Shown here in pieces: positions 53,740 through 64,000 of a stretch of DNA of 64,000 nucleotides. The DNA lies in the NCBI RefSeq assembly GCF_001194135.2, contig NC_068989.1, positions 28,396,914 through 28,460,913 of the forward strand, written 5' to 3'. Position numbers and translations under genes: made by a program. This DNA comes from Octopus bimaculoides. Its lineage: Eukaryota. Each line of letters starts with the position of its first letter. Position 1 is the stretch's first letter. The notes beneath the pieces were generated by a model. It was not told the DNA's origin. It saw nothing but the letters and a program-made list of their open reading frames with translations, and did not search any database.

Positions 53740-54060
53740 GTGTGTCACTTCCGCTACCACCACTTTTGTTACTGCCGTTATTATTATAAAAGTTTTTCCC
53801 ACTGCTCAACACTTCCTTCTCCTGACAGGTTAGACTATTACCCGTTTCCATCACATTTGTCTCCACCCCATCCCCTGCATTATTTTTGGTAAGAGAAGGA
53901 AGGGGAGGGAAGTCTTCAGCTGTAAGAAGGCTGGGGGCGGAAGTGATTTTCTATTCAAAAATTTTAAAGTGGACGCCGCCATCTTTATAACTTATTATTT
54001 TCAAACGCCACTCGGGCGATTTTCTGTAGGGCCAAAATTTGCCCTTTACGAGGCCAAACA
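53740..54060. promoter_or_regulatory. Possible promoter-like segment (ETS and YY1 motifs)
   Basis: cacttccg (~53745), gcggaagtg (~53937) and minus-strand AAGATGGCGGC (53985-53975) in a locally GC-richer, non-TE-looking stretch. Motif evidence only. Confidence 0.25.
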
Positions 54061-54212
54061 ACTACAGAAAACCCAGCAACAAGTTCCTAGAGTTTTCAAT
54101 CACAACTTGGGATTACAATTCCAAACAAAAACAACACCAAACGGGTGCATACAATGAAATTAATGAGAACTTACTTCGAGCCTTCAAAAACGTCTGACGT
54201 ACTCCGCAGCAA

Positions 54213-54282
54213 ATATGATGATGATGATGATGATGATCATCATCATCATCATCATCATCATAATAATAATAATAATAATAAT
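54213..54282. repeat. (GAT)n-(CAT)n-(AAT)n microsatellite
   Basis: Direct reading. Confidence 0.95.
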
Positions 54283-56313
54283 GTGTTGTGCCTGAAGAAT
54301 GCAACAAAAGGAAATGCTACTAACAATTACAGGCCAATTTCTTGCCTCCTATTAATGTGGAAGTTACTGTCAGAAGGAATTGCAGAAGAACTGTACAAAT
54401 TTCTTAATGAGAACGATATCTTACCGACGGAACCAAAAGGCTGTAGAAAGAGATGCAGAGGTACCAAAGAATAATTATTGATAGACAAAATGGTAATGCA
54501 AGATTGTAAACGAAGGAGAAAAAATTTGGGAATGGTCTGCATTGACTACTGCAAAGCTTGTGATATGATTCCATATTCATGGAACATCGAATGTTTAGAT
54601 CTGTTTGGAATTGCGAGAAATGTAATGTGTTTTCTGAAGAGAAGTATGGTGGGGTGAAAAACTGAACTGACATCCTACAGATAAAAGCTTGGGCACCCTG
54701 GGCATCACCCTGGGCATGATCCCTCTGACCTTAGTACTTAGGAAAATATACCTGGGATATCAGTTAAAGGGAAAATCCCAAACAATCAACCACGTCCTCT
54801 TCGTGGATGATTTGAAACTGTATGGCAAGTATGAGACACAAGGATGTTCCTTAGTGAACACAGTCCACTGTTTTAGTGCTGATATTAGAATGGAATTTGA
54901 ACTCAAGAAGTGTGGAATAATCTACCTAAAAAGAGGCAAGGTACAGTCCCTAACGGAGACAGAATTACCGAATAGAGGACTGATAAAATGAATTGAGCTC
55001 AACGAGGTAATGGGGAAGGAAATGAAAGAGCAACTGAGGATAGAATATTTCCGAAGACTAAGATTGGCGCTGAGCTCAAAATTGACAGGATGGAATAAAA
55101 TCCAAGCAGTTAATACATGGACGATAGCATCACTTCGGTACGGAGCGGGAATTATAAAATGGCAAAAGAAAGAACTGATGAACTTGGATACAAAGACATA
55201 AAAAATGTTGACAGCGCACAGTGCCTTCCATCTTAAGAGTGACACCGATAGACTGTACATGTCTAAAAGAAAGGGTGGGAGAGGTTTGATCAGTTGCCAG
55301 GATTATATCGAAACAGAGGAAAACAGTTTAGGGTGGTAAGTAAAAAATGCCGTGGAGCCATTGTTGAAACATGTGAAGAAGACCGGCGTCATCAAAACTG
55401 AGAATTATGCAATGAAAGAAACATTTAAAGAGGATAAGAACACAAAAAAAGAAACAGCATGGAAGGAAAAACAACATTCGGACAGTTTGCAAGAGATACG
55501 AACGCCAAGACAGATACAGAAGACCGGTGGCTGTGGATGAGGAAATGTGACCTGAAGATAGAGGCAGAAGCACTTATATGTGCAGCTTAAGAACAAGTGT
55601 TAAGAACCAACTATGTGAAGTGCAGAATAGACAACACTACCGACAGCGACAAACGCAGAATGTGTGGTGAGAGGGGTGAAACGGTATGGCACATCGTTAG
55701 CGAATGCTCGAAATTGACAAAAGGCGAATACAAAAGGCGATGTGACAATGTGGCAAGAATGATCCATTGGGAGCTCTGTGGAAATTACTGGCTACAAAGA
55801 ACAAAGACGTGATATGAGCAAACCCCAGAAGTCACTGAGGAAGAGAACTGCAAAGTCCTGTGCGATGCAACGATTCAGTACGATCACTCGACATCGGAAA
55901 CCGGACAATGTTGTGGTGAATAATAAAGAAAGAACATGCATGATAATTGACATACCATATCCCGATGACAACAGGATAAAAAAGAAAGAAGAAAAAATAA
56001 ACAACTATAACAATTTGAAGTGGGAAATACGAAGGTTGTGGTCAATGAGGAGAGTAGACGTGATACCAATAGTAATTGGCACACTTGGAAGCATCAGCAC
56101 TCAACTACCAACATGGCTCGAAAAGATTGATATAAATATGAAGGTAGAACACGTACAAAAATCAGCATTGCTTGGAACTACAATAATTCTTCGCGGGGTT
56201 TTTGAAGCATGATCAGTAAACAAGTGTCACCTTAGTCTGCTAGCTGTGGACAGCTGACACTTCCAATCATACCTAGTAAAATAAGCTGAGTTTTCATCAC
56301 ATAATACTCTATA
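54283..56313 (+). mobile_element. R4/Dong-clade RLE LINE, 5'-truncated, flanked by (TAA)n
   Basis: [72 protein letters not shown]. Confidence 0.92.
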
Positions 56314-56350
56314 TAATAATAATAACAATAATAATAATAATAATAATAAT

Positions 56351-57750
56351 ACTCAAACAAACTGAGTAACACCAGGTATGGGTTCAAAATGTATAATATT
56401 ATAGTAAATCATCTGTTTATATGGACGATTTGAAGCTTTTTGCTAGAAATGACGAAGAGCTAGTAGGACTGTTAACAACTGTTAAAGAGTTCAGCAATGA
56501 CATCGGGATGGATTTTGGCGTTGATATGTGTGCTAAAGGAACCTTTGTAAGAGGAAAGCTCAAGCAAACAGCTTCCATTAAATGAGATAGTGGCACTACC
56601 ATCAAGGAACTTGACCCACAAGGACGCTATAAATACCTGAGGATAAACGAAGGAGACGGTATATATGCTACTCCGAAGGAAAAAATACGAAAGTATTATA
56701 GAAGAATACGACTCATACTAAAACTGAATTCAGCTCCAAAAACCGCATCGAAGCTATTAACATCCTGGCGCTTCCAGTAGTCCAACACAGTTTAACATCA
56801 TTAACTGGAATCTTACAGAACTCCAATGTCTGGACAGGAAGACAAAAAAAATACTAAATTCTAAGTACATGCACCACCCAACAGCAGACGTTGATCATCT
56901 GTACCTACCTAGAAGTAATGAGGGAAGAGGAATGATGCAGGTAGAACTGTGCTATAAGACCTCAACAATAGTAATGAACAAGTACTTATCTAGTACTGGA
57001 TGATGCGGCTTGTGTGCGAACACGACAGCAGCAAACAAATCACATTCTATTGTCAAGGAAGCTTGCAAATTCGCAAGGAAACTTGGCATTAACCCTGAAC
57101 TAGATGAAGAATCTGAAACCACTGCTACGAAAAAAGCTAAACTGATCAAACAGACTGCAAAAAGAACGAGCAGAAACAAATTGAGGGGCGGTGGAGTCAG
57201 AAGCCTCTGTGTGGACAGTATACACTTCAAATCCGAAATACTGATGTAGACCAAGTAACAACCTATCAGTCCTGAGCTTCTCAGGACTGAAGGTTTCATA
57301 TTGGTGACACAAGATCAAAGCTTGCTTACCAAAAACTACCAGGCTAACGTTCTTCAAAACGGTTCTGACCATAAATGCAGAGTCTGCGGTGAATTTGATG
57401 AAACAATAGAACATCTCGTCTCGGGATGTCAAATCGTCACGATAGGGAAGGACAGTATTTACTTTGGAAAATATGTAAACACTACAAAATCAGCACTCCT
57501 GTTTACTGGTATGAACATCATCTTGAACCACTCATTGAAGGTAAAAATGTCACTAGCCTCTGGGATTTTCCAGTCAACACCGACTGAACGACCGACTGTC
57601 AACACCGACTGTGGGTGCCCTTGGGTGATAAGAAAGGGATGCCAGAAACATCTAGATAACATCCCAGGAGTACCATGTCTGAGAGAAATCCAAAAGATTG
57701 TGCTGACAAGTACTTCCCACATCCTTAGAAAAACCCTATTAATTTAAATG
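56351..57750 (+). mobile_element. Second R4/Dong-clade RLE LINE, internally deleted
   Basis: YMDDLKLFAR, HPTADVDHLYLPR, CRVCGEFDETIEHLVSGC, IQKIVLTSTSHILRKTL. Confidence 0.9.
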
Positions 57751-59013
57751 CACGTGTTGTAATACATGAAGACATTTCACTGTTGCCCTTGTCGCTTGCC
57801 TTCCCCAAGCTTTCAGTCATACTGTAACATCTCTTATCCTTCATCTACTACAACACTGGCTCAATCTTCAATCCACTGAAAATACTTTCTCTTTATTTTA
57901 TTTTATTTATGTCAACTAAGGTACCTTTTCAACAAAAATTAAATTTCCTACCAACATCTAAGTACAATGTCAGAAAATATAATCTTAATAGTAAGTAAAA
58001 TCTAGACTGTGTGTGATTTAGTAGTTCTGTGCGTCAGCAAAAATCATTTAATGCTTCAACGTTTTAATAAGTTTCAATCCTGCTGAAACGTTAGTACTGA
58101 CATTTCGAACAAAACCCACCTTTGGGGATAATGCTTTAAATGTTTAAGAAAACACAAAGACATCATCTTTCAGTTTGGATTCAACACCTCATGAGAAATG
58201 GATTGTGCAACTGCCATGACCTTTTTAAGGTCTTCATTTACGAATTTGAAGTGAAAATGATTTTAATTGCAAACATACAACAGCCCACACCAACAGCGAT
58301 GTTTATATTTGAGTATCACATAGATAGTAATTTGTGACCGACTAACATGTTTTTTATAGTCAGGTACTTTAGAATATGAGAAACTATGGGATACATGTTT
58401 GCTCGTTGGTTTTTAGTGTCGCAAGTTTAATAGAGTTTTCAGTGTTGCTAATTCAAAATTACCAGCAACTTATCGTTGCAATGTGATGGCTATCACTTCT
58501 AAGCAGAGGTCTTTTATTTTATATGAGTGAAACGTTAATTTCTAACGTTGATGCCCTAATGAAGAAAAGTGGAATTGTTTCAACTAATCACTGGAAGTAC
58601 ACAGCATGGACGAAACTAGTTGGATGTCGCTCACCATAACTGTTTAAACTAATGCCACTGTTGTTATTTCACTGGATACATCATGTTTTCTCGACAATAA
58701 ACACCAACTGATTTTGTCATGATTTTGATATAAAAAGGGGGTGCTTATAAAAGATACTTATAGGGATTAGTAGCAATAATAAATCCAACACAGTATCCTA
58801 TCTTTGAGTAATCCCCACGTCTATAACAGTTGAATTATTTCTTTTGTACGACGATGCAACATTTAAAAAGAGTAAAATAAGATTATGTAACGTTTATACC
58901 TCTCTCGAGTTCACAAGGGCGTACGCGAAGAAAAGTAGTTTCAACAAAACTCTTACATTCTCTTCAAAATTCTCTCTTGGATCATTGGGTCATTTACCTG
59001 TATACTAATATTA

Positions 59014-59190
59014 GTTTCAAATTTTGGTACAAGGCCAATAATTTAAGGGGAGGGTTAAGTCGATTACATCGGCTCCAGTACTCAACGAGTCCTTATTTTA
59101 TCGAACCCGAAGGATGAAAGGCAAAGTCGACCGCGGCAGATTTTGAACTCAGATCGTAAAGACGAAGGAAATGCTGCTAAGCATTTTACC
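59014..59190 (-). mobile_element. SINE family 3
   Basis: Reverse complement of 38690-38870. Confidence 0.8.
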
Positions 59191-59194
59191 CAAT

Positions 59195-59612
59195 ATAATG
59201 ATATTTATTCTCCGATTTTGAAGCGACAATTTTTCAATATAAACAAATGACCGAAAAATGATGACCTAACCTCAGGCTGAATCAAACCGACAAATTGATG
59301 CTCTAATGGCTCCTTGCGAATCTGATTGGTCAAACGCTCACCCATCAATTTCAGTCAAATTTAGTTAATATATACTTAAACTGTCTTAATACTACATAAA
59401 TAATATTTTTATAAACAAACCCGAAAGGCTTTGCGAGTTACGGAGAGAAAGCTACTATAGAAGGCTTATAGTATAATAACCGTATAATAACTGTATATAA
59501 TATATATCGTAATGATATTTATTCTCAAATTTTAAAGCGAAAATTTTTAAATATAACCAAATGATCGAAAATTGATGAAAAATGATGAAAAATGATCAAG
59601 CTGAATAAGACC
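59195..59612. repeat. ~90-bp imperfect direct repeat about 317 bp apart
   Basis: aatgatatttattctc...aagcga.aatttt...aaatga.cgaaaa at ~59196 and ~59513. Confidence 0.7.
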
Positions 59613-59643
59613 TATATAGATATAGATAGATAGACAGCCAGCC

Positions 59644-59738
<95 letters not shown>

Positions 59739-60275
59739 AGTATATTTGTGTATGTGTTTAGGTGTTATATAAACATATCTGTGTGACTGTGTGTATGTGT
59801 TGATGTATGAGTGCGAAATTCCTTACATTCAAATGCACACTTACACACCTGAAGTCACATAAACACACAGACGCCGCGCGTATGCGCGCACACACACATG
59901 CGCACACACGCACCACACACACGCACATAACACGTGTGTATTCTAACATACACAGAGACACACAAGCCCATACATATACAAGAACACACACACAAGCACA
60001 TACATATACATACATATGCATGTGCGTGCGTGCGGACGTATCGTGTCTTTGTTTCTCTTCCTACCAAGCTACCAACTGATGTTCCATATGTTTTGCCCAT
60101 TTATATATACATATTCACATTTATACTCATAGTTATTTATTCTCTTAACACACATTTATACATGTGCATGTTTCTATATATGTGTATGTGTGTATGATGA
60201 TAACGATGATCATTTTCTATATAAGTGTGTGTGTGTGTGCGTCTGTGTGTGTGTATATATGTATATGTATGTATG

Positions 60276-60307
<32 letters not shown>

Positions 60308-61134
60308 TGTCTTCTTCAATACACTTCCCAGTAAAGCCGTACATTAGTATTAAAAGTTTGTAGGTTTTAAGACCAGACAAGTATTTCTTATATAGACTTA
60401 TAACAACAACAACGATAGCAGTACAACACAAACAACAAAATGACTGTAAGAGAGCAACAATAAGACCTACATCTACACAACCACTCCACCAATATTATAA
60501 AGAATGTAACGAGAGCTATAACAGACATTTAAGTTATGATGAAAAGAGCCTTGAAAAAACAAAATGTATCTTCGAAGTAATGTCTTTCTCCAAATTATAG
60601 ATTTGAATCCTTTTACCTTGCAATGCGTAGCATACTTGTCTGTTCTTTTTTTTTTTTGTCCTGAATTTTTTGCTTGTTTTTGTGCTTTTGGTTTTTTCTT
60701 GTTTTGGGGTCTTTTTTGTGTTTTGTGCTTCTGTTTTCTTTGTTTATTTCTTGGTTAGTGTTTATCTGGTTGGTTGGATGGTTGGCTGGTTGGTTTGGGG
60801 AGTTAAACTTCATGCGATTTCTGGCTTCAGAGTGATTATTTTTCATTCCTTTCAAATAACAACGGACAATCTTGTCTTTTGCGAAAATTCCACAATTAAA
60901 CATGAAACAATGCGGACAGCAGTTCCATCCATCCATCCATCCATCCATCCATACGTACATNNNNNNNNNNNNNNNNNNNNNNNNNNNNNNNNNNNNNNNN
61001 NNNNNNNNNNNNNNNNNNNNNNNNNNNNNNNNNNNNNNNNNNNNNNNNNNNNNNNNNNNNNNNNNNNNNNNNNNNNNNNNNNNNNNNNNNNNNNNNNNNN
61101 NNNNNNNNNNNNNNNNNNNNNNNNNNNNNNNNNN

Positions 61135-61187
<53 letters not shown>

Positions 61188-61304
61188 GTATGTGTGTATA
61201 TATATACGCGCATACAAACACATTCACGTATCCAAATTTACATAGTTATGCATACACACATACACACACATATATACATATATGTATTTGTGTGTGTGTA
61301 TATA

Positions 61305-61600
61305 TATTGGCCTGATAAAAACTCATTAACAATATTTAGATAGTTGTACATACCTTTCCTCAACCGCATGTTTCCCATTTTGTTCCACTGCCTTTCGCCA
61401 TCTTTGAGGCAACTTCATGATCCCATCCTCCCAGAATTTGGCATCTTTCTGGGTTATGAACTATTCTAAGTAGTTATTACACTCTTTTAAAGAATCGAAG
61501 TTCTTCCTATTAAGAGAATTTTGAAGGGATCGAAATAAATGAGAACCCGAAGGTGCAAGGTTAGGTGAGGACTTCTCATTCAAGCTGCACCAAGCTTCTC
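61305..61600 (-). mobile_element. mariner 3' fragment
   Basis: FWEDGIMKLPQRWRKAVEQNGK is the mariner C-terminal motif. Confidence 0.8.
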
Positions 61601-62000
61601 CTAAAACAAAGAATTCTTATGAGATATTCCAATAAAAGCAGCAATCCGGTACAAACATAATAGGCCTGATATAGTTCTGTAGGACAGGGAACAAAAGTTA
61701 TGCGCTGCTGTAGAGGTCAGCTTGCCAGTGGATGTGAATGTACAATCAAAAGTCCAAGAAAAAGAGAACGTTTATGGTGAATTAATGTGCAACTTATAGC
61801 TCTTGTACACTTACTATAAATTCTCATTTGTACCTATCGTCATAGGTGCATTAGGTTAAGTACCAAACAATTTGCACCAAAACCTAGATATACTTGGTTT
61901 CACGAAAAAAGAGCAAAAGAAGCTGACGCGAATTCTCCAGATCCAATCTATTAGAGGCACTGTGTAGATTTGTAACACATTCCAAAAGTTCTCCATTTCA
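61600..62000 (+). mobile_element. R4/Dong-like RLE LINE 3' fragment
   Basis: KHNRPDIVL, VEVSLPVDVNVQSKVQEKENVYGEL...VPIVIGALG; same family as 5361-5880. Confidence 0.85.
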
Positions 62001-62477
62001 AATTCTTGTGTGAGTAGATGCACACCCTTGAGTATATGCATCAACAGTTTAGCCAATCACTAACTGAACAAAATACTTACAAACACCGAGAACTCTCTTA
62101 ACTCAAAAAGTTTTGTTGCTTGCTTTGCGATTGGCTTGATTTCTCGTAAGAACTTAAAACTTATATACATATATGTGTGTGTGTAAGCGTATGTATGTAT
62201 ATATTACAGGACTCAGTTAAAAACATTATAACTGAAAATTTCTGAACTCCAGTTTTCAGAGTTACTCGTTTCCGATCATTAGCTAGCAAAACCGAGCCTG
62301 GTTTTCTTTTGAAATATCCATTGTCTGACTTCAAGTTTCGCTTCTTTCTTTTGCTCTATAACCAACAAAAGGTGCGGCTACTATACATGTGTATATATAT
62401 ATTTGTGTGTGTATATANNNNNNNNNNNNNNNNNNNNNNNNNNNNNNNNNNNNNNNNNNNNNNNNNNNNNNNNNNNN

Positions 62478-62518
<41 letters not shown>

Positions 62519-62519
62519 T

Positions 62520-62561
<42 letters not shown>

Positions 62562-62799
62562 GTGCAAAATATTTAATAACAAACATGTCAGATGATTTGG
62601 ATTTTCAGTTTCTCCCAACCTTTTTAGGATAATATCTTCCTTTAATAATAGAAAACTGAATTTATTCAATGAAAATTTAAAAAAAGCAAATTGATACTAA
62701 AGTACACAGAAATAAAAAAAAATAGAACATAATTGTACAAATAACAACGTAAACACCCCTACTAACAATAACTTATATAAATCAACAAAGAAGAATAAT

Positions 62800-63180
62800 A
62801 ATATTTCATTATCTACACAAAATAATAACTGTAATTGTAGAAACCCAAACATGCAAATTGGACAGGAATTGTAAAAGGAAAACTGTAGTATACCAAGCAA
62901 CAATTATAACACAGGATTTAACAAAGCACCATTATATTGGATCGACACAAAATTGGATTAAATTACATTCAGGGATCAAAACAAAATGAACAGTTCAGGA
63001 CATTCAAAAAAAATATGGCATCTCCAAAAAAAAGCAAAGTTAACTTCATAATTAAATGGAACATTTTAGTACATGCACCTTCTTAAAAATTAACAATAAA
63101 ATCTGTAGATGTCTGAGACAAAATTATAAAATGATGAAAAGAAAAGGGAACCTAGTTACTACGAGGGATGAAGAAGATTT
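62800..63180 (+). mobile_element. Penelope-like (Neptune-type) GIY-YIG remnant
   Basis: NCNCRNP / TCKLDRNCKRKTVVYQATIIT...HYIGSTQ, then KKIWHLQ and IIKWNILVHAPS. Confidence 0.7.
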
Positions 63181-63963
63181 TTTCTTGTTGACACATAGCA
63201 AGGTACCCCATTATTAATCTAAGGTAATTTATTGATATCATTTAATATCACTCTAAAATCTTCAATTCAATTTTTTAAAATATAACCATTACCATACTAT
63301 ATACTAACATCTTTATTAAACTATACAGCATAAATCTATAAAAGCCCCAATAGCCAAAATTATCTAATTGACTTACATCCAGACAAAATGACTATAATAG
63401 TTTTTGGGAACCTTTAGATTATTTTCATAAAATTTGTATGTCCATATGTAATACCTATAGATATTATATCCTCTTTAGAATATCAAATACATATAGGTTT
63501 ACGTATAGAATCAGATTCAATTTTCAAGGTATGTGTATGAATATTGTACCGATAGTACATTCATACGACCCTAACACCCTGATCGTGGATTCAAGATATT
63601 TGTATATTTATATGTGAATATGTATAATTTGTGATATGTTTCTAACTTCGATGTGTACCTTTATATATNNNNNNNNNNTATATATACACACATGTACGTG
63701 AGTGTGTCTATGTAGGCTGTGCCTCTCCACTGCCAGTATATGGACTGTGGCTGTATCAGCCTATATACACGCATATAAGGATATTTGGACTTGTACTCAT
63801 ATGAGTATGCCTGTGTACTTGTATGTACATGAATACCTATGCATGGATGAGTGTAGGCACGTCCTTTTAACTATGCGTATGTAGGTGTATGTATATGTAT
63901 GTATATATATGGGTGTGTGTGTGTATTTATATATGTGTGTGTATGTATGACTGAATATATGTA

Positions 63964-64000
<37 letters not shown>

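Noticed and set aside
60800-60930. Cys-containing minus-strand ORF fragment (CPHCFMFNCGIFAKDK)
   Set aside because: No recognisable domain or splice signals, and it is flanked by simple repeats.

Overview
AT-rich, repeat-saturated animal genomic scaffold with 11 N-gaps and abundant (TA)n, (CA)n, (CATA)n and (GATA)n microsatellites. The SINE families and microsatellite load suggest a cephalopod such as Octopus (inference only). I cannot support any intact host protein-coding gene, rRNA, true tRNA gene or CRISPR array. Almost all coding-like sequence is decayed transposable element: Tc1/mariner (DD34D, DD34E, DD37D-like), pogo/Tigger, hAT, RTE LINEs, restriction-like-endonuclease (RLE) LINEs of R4/Dong and Hero type, Penelope-like (GIY-YIG) remnants and tRNA-derived SINEs. 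Most listed ORFs are microsatellite or gap artefacts. The most notable signals are non-coding. (i) A 346-bp, terminally redundant, highly structured unit at 50.7-51.0 kb carries a minimal type-I hammerhead ribozyme fold with a CCGANGA core and looks like a retrozyme; a diverged homologue lies at 41.4-41.6 kb. (ii) An inverted Penelope-like terminal repeat at 45.7-46.7 kb carries two hammerhead cores whose stem II is expanded to about 87 nt. (iii) R4-like LINEs appear to sit in (CATA)n or (TAA)n microsatellites. All alignments, translations and folds were done by eye, so element boundaries are approximate.
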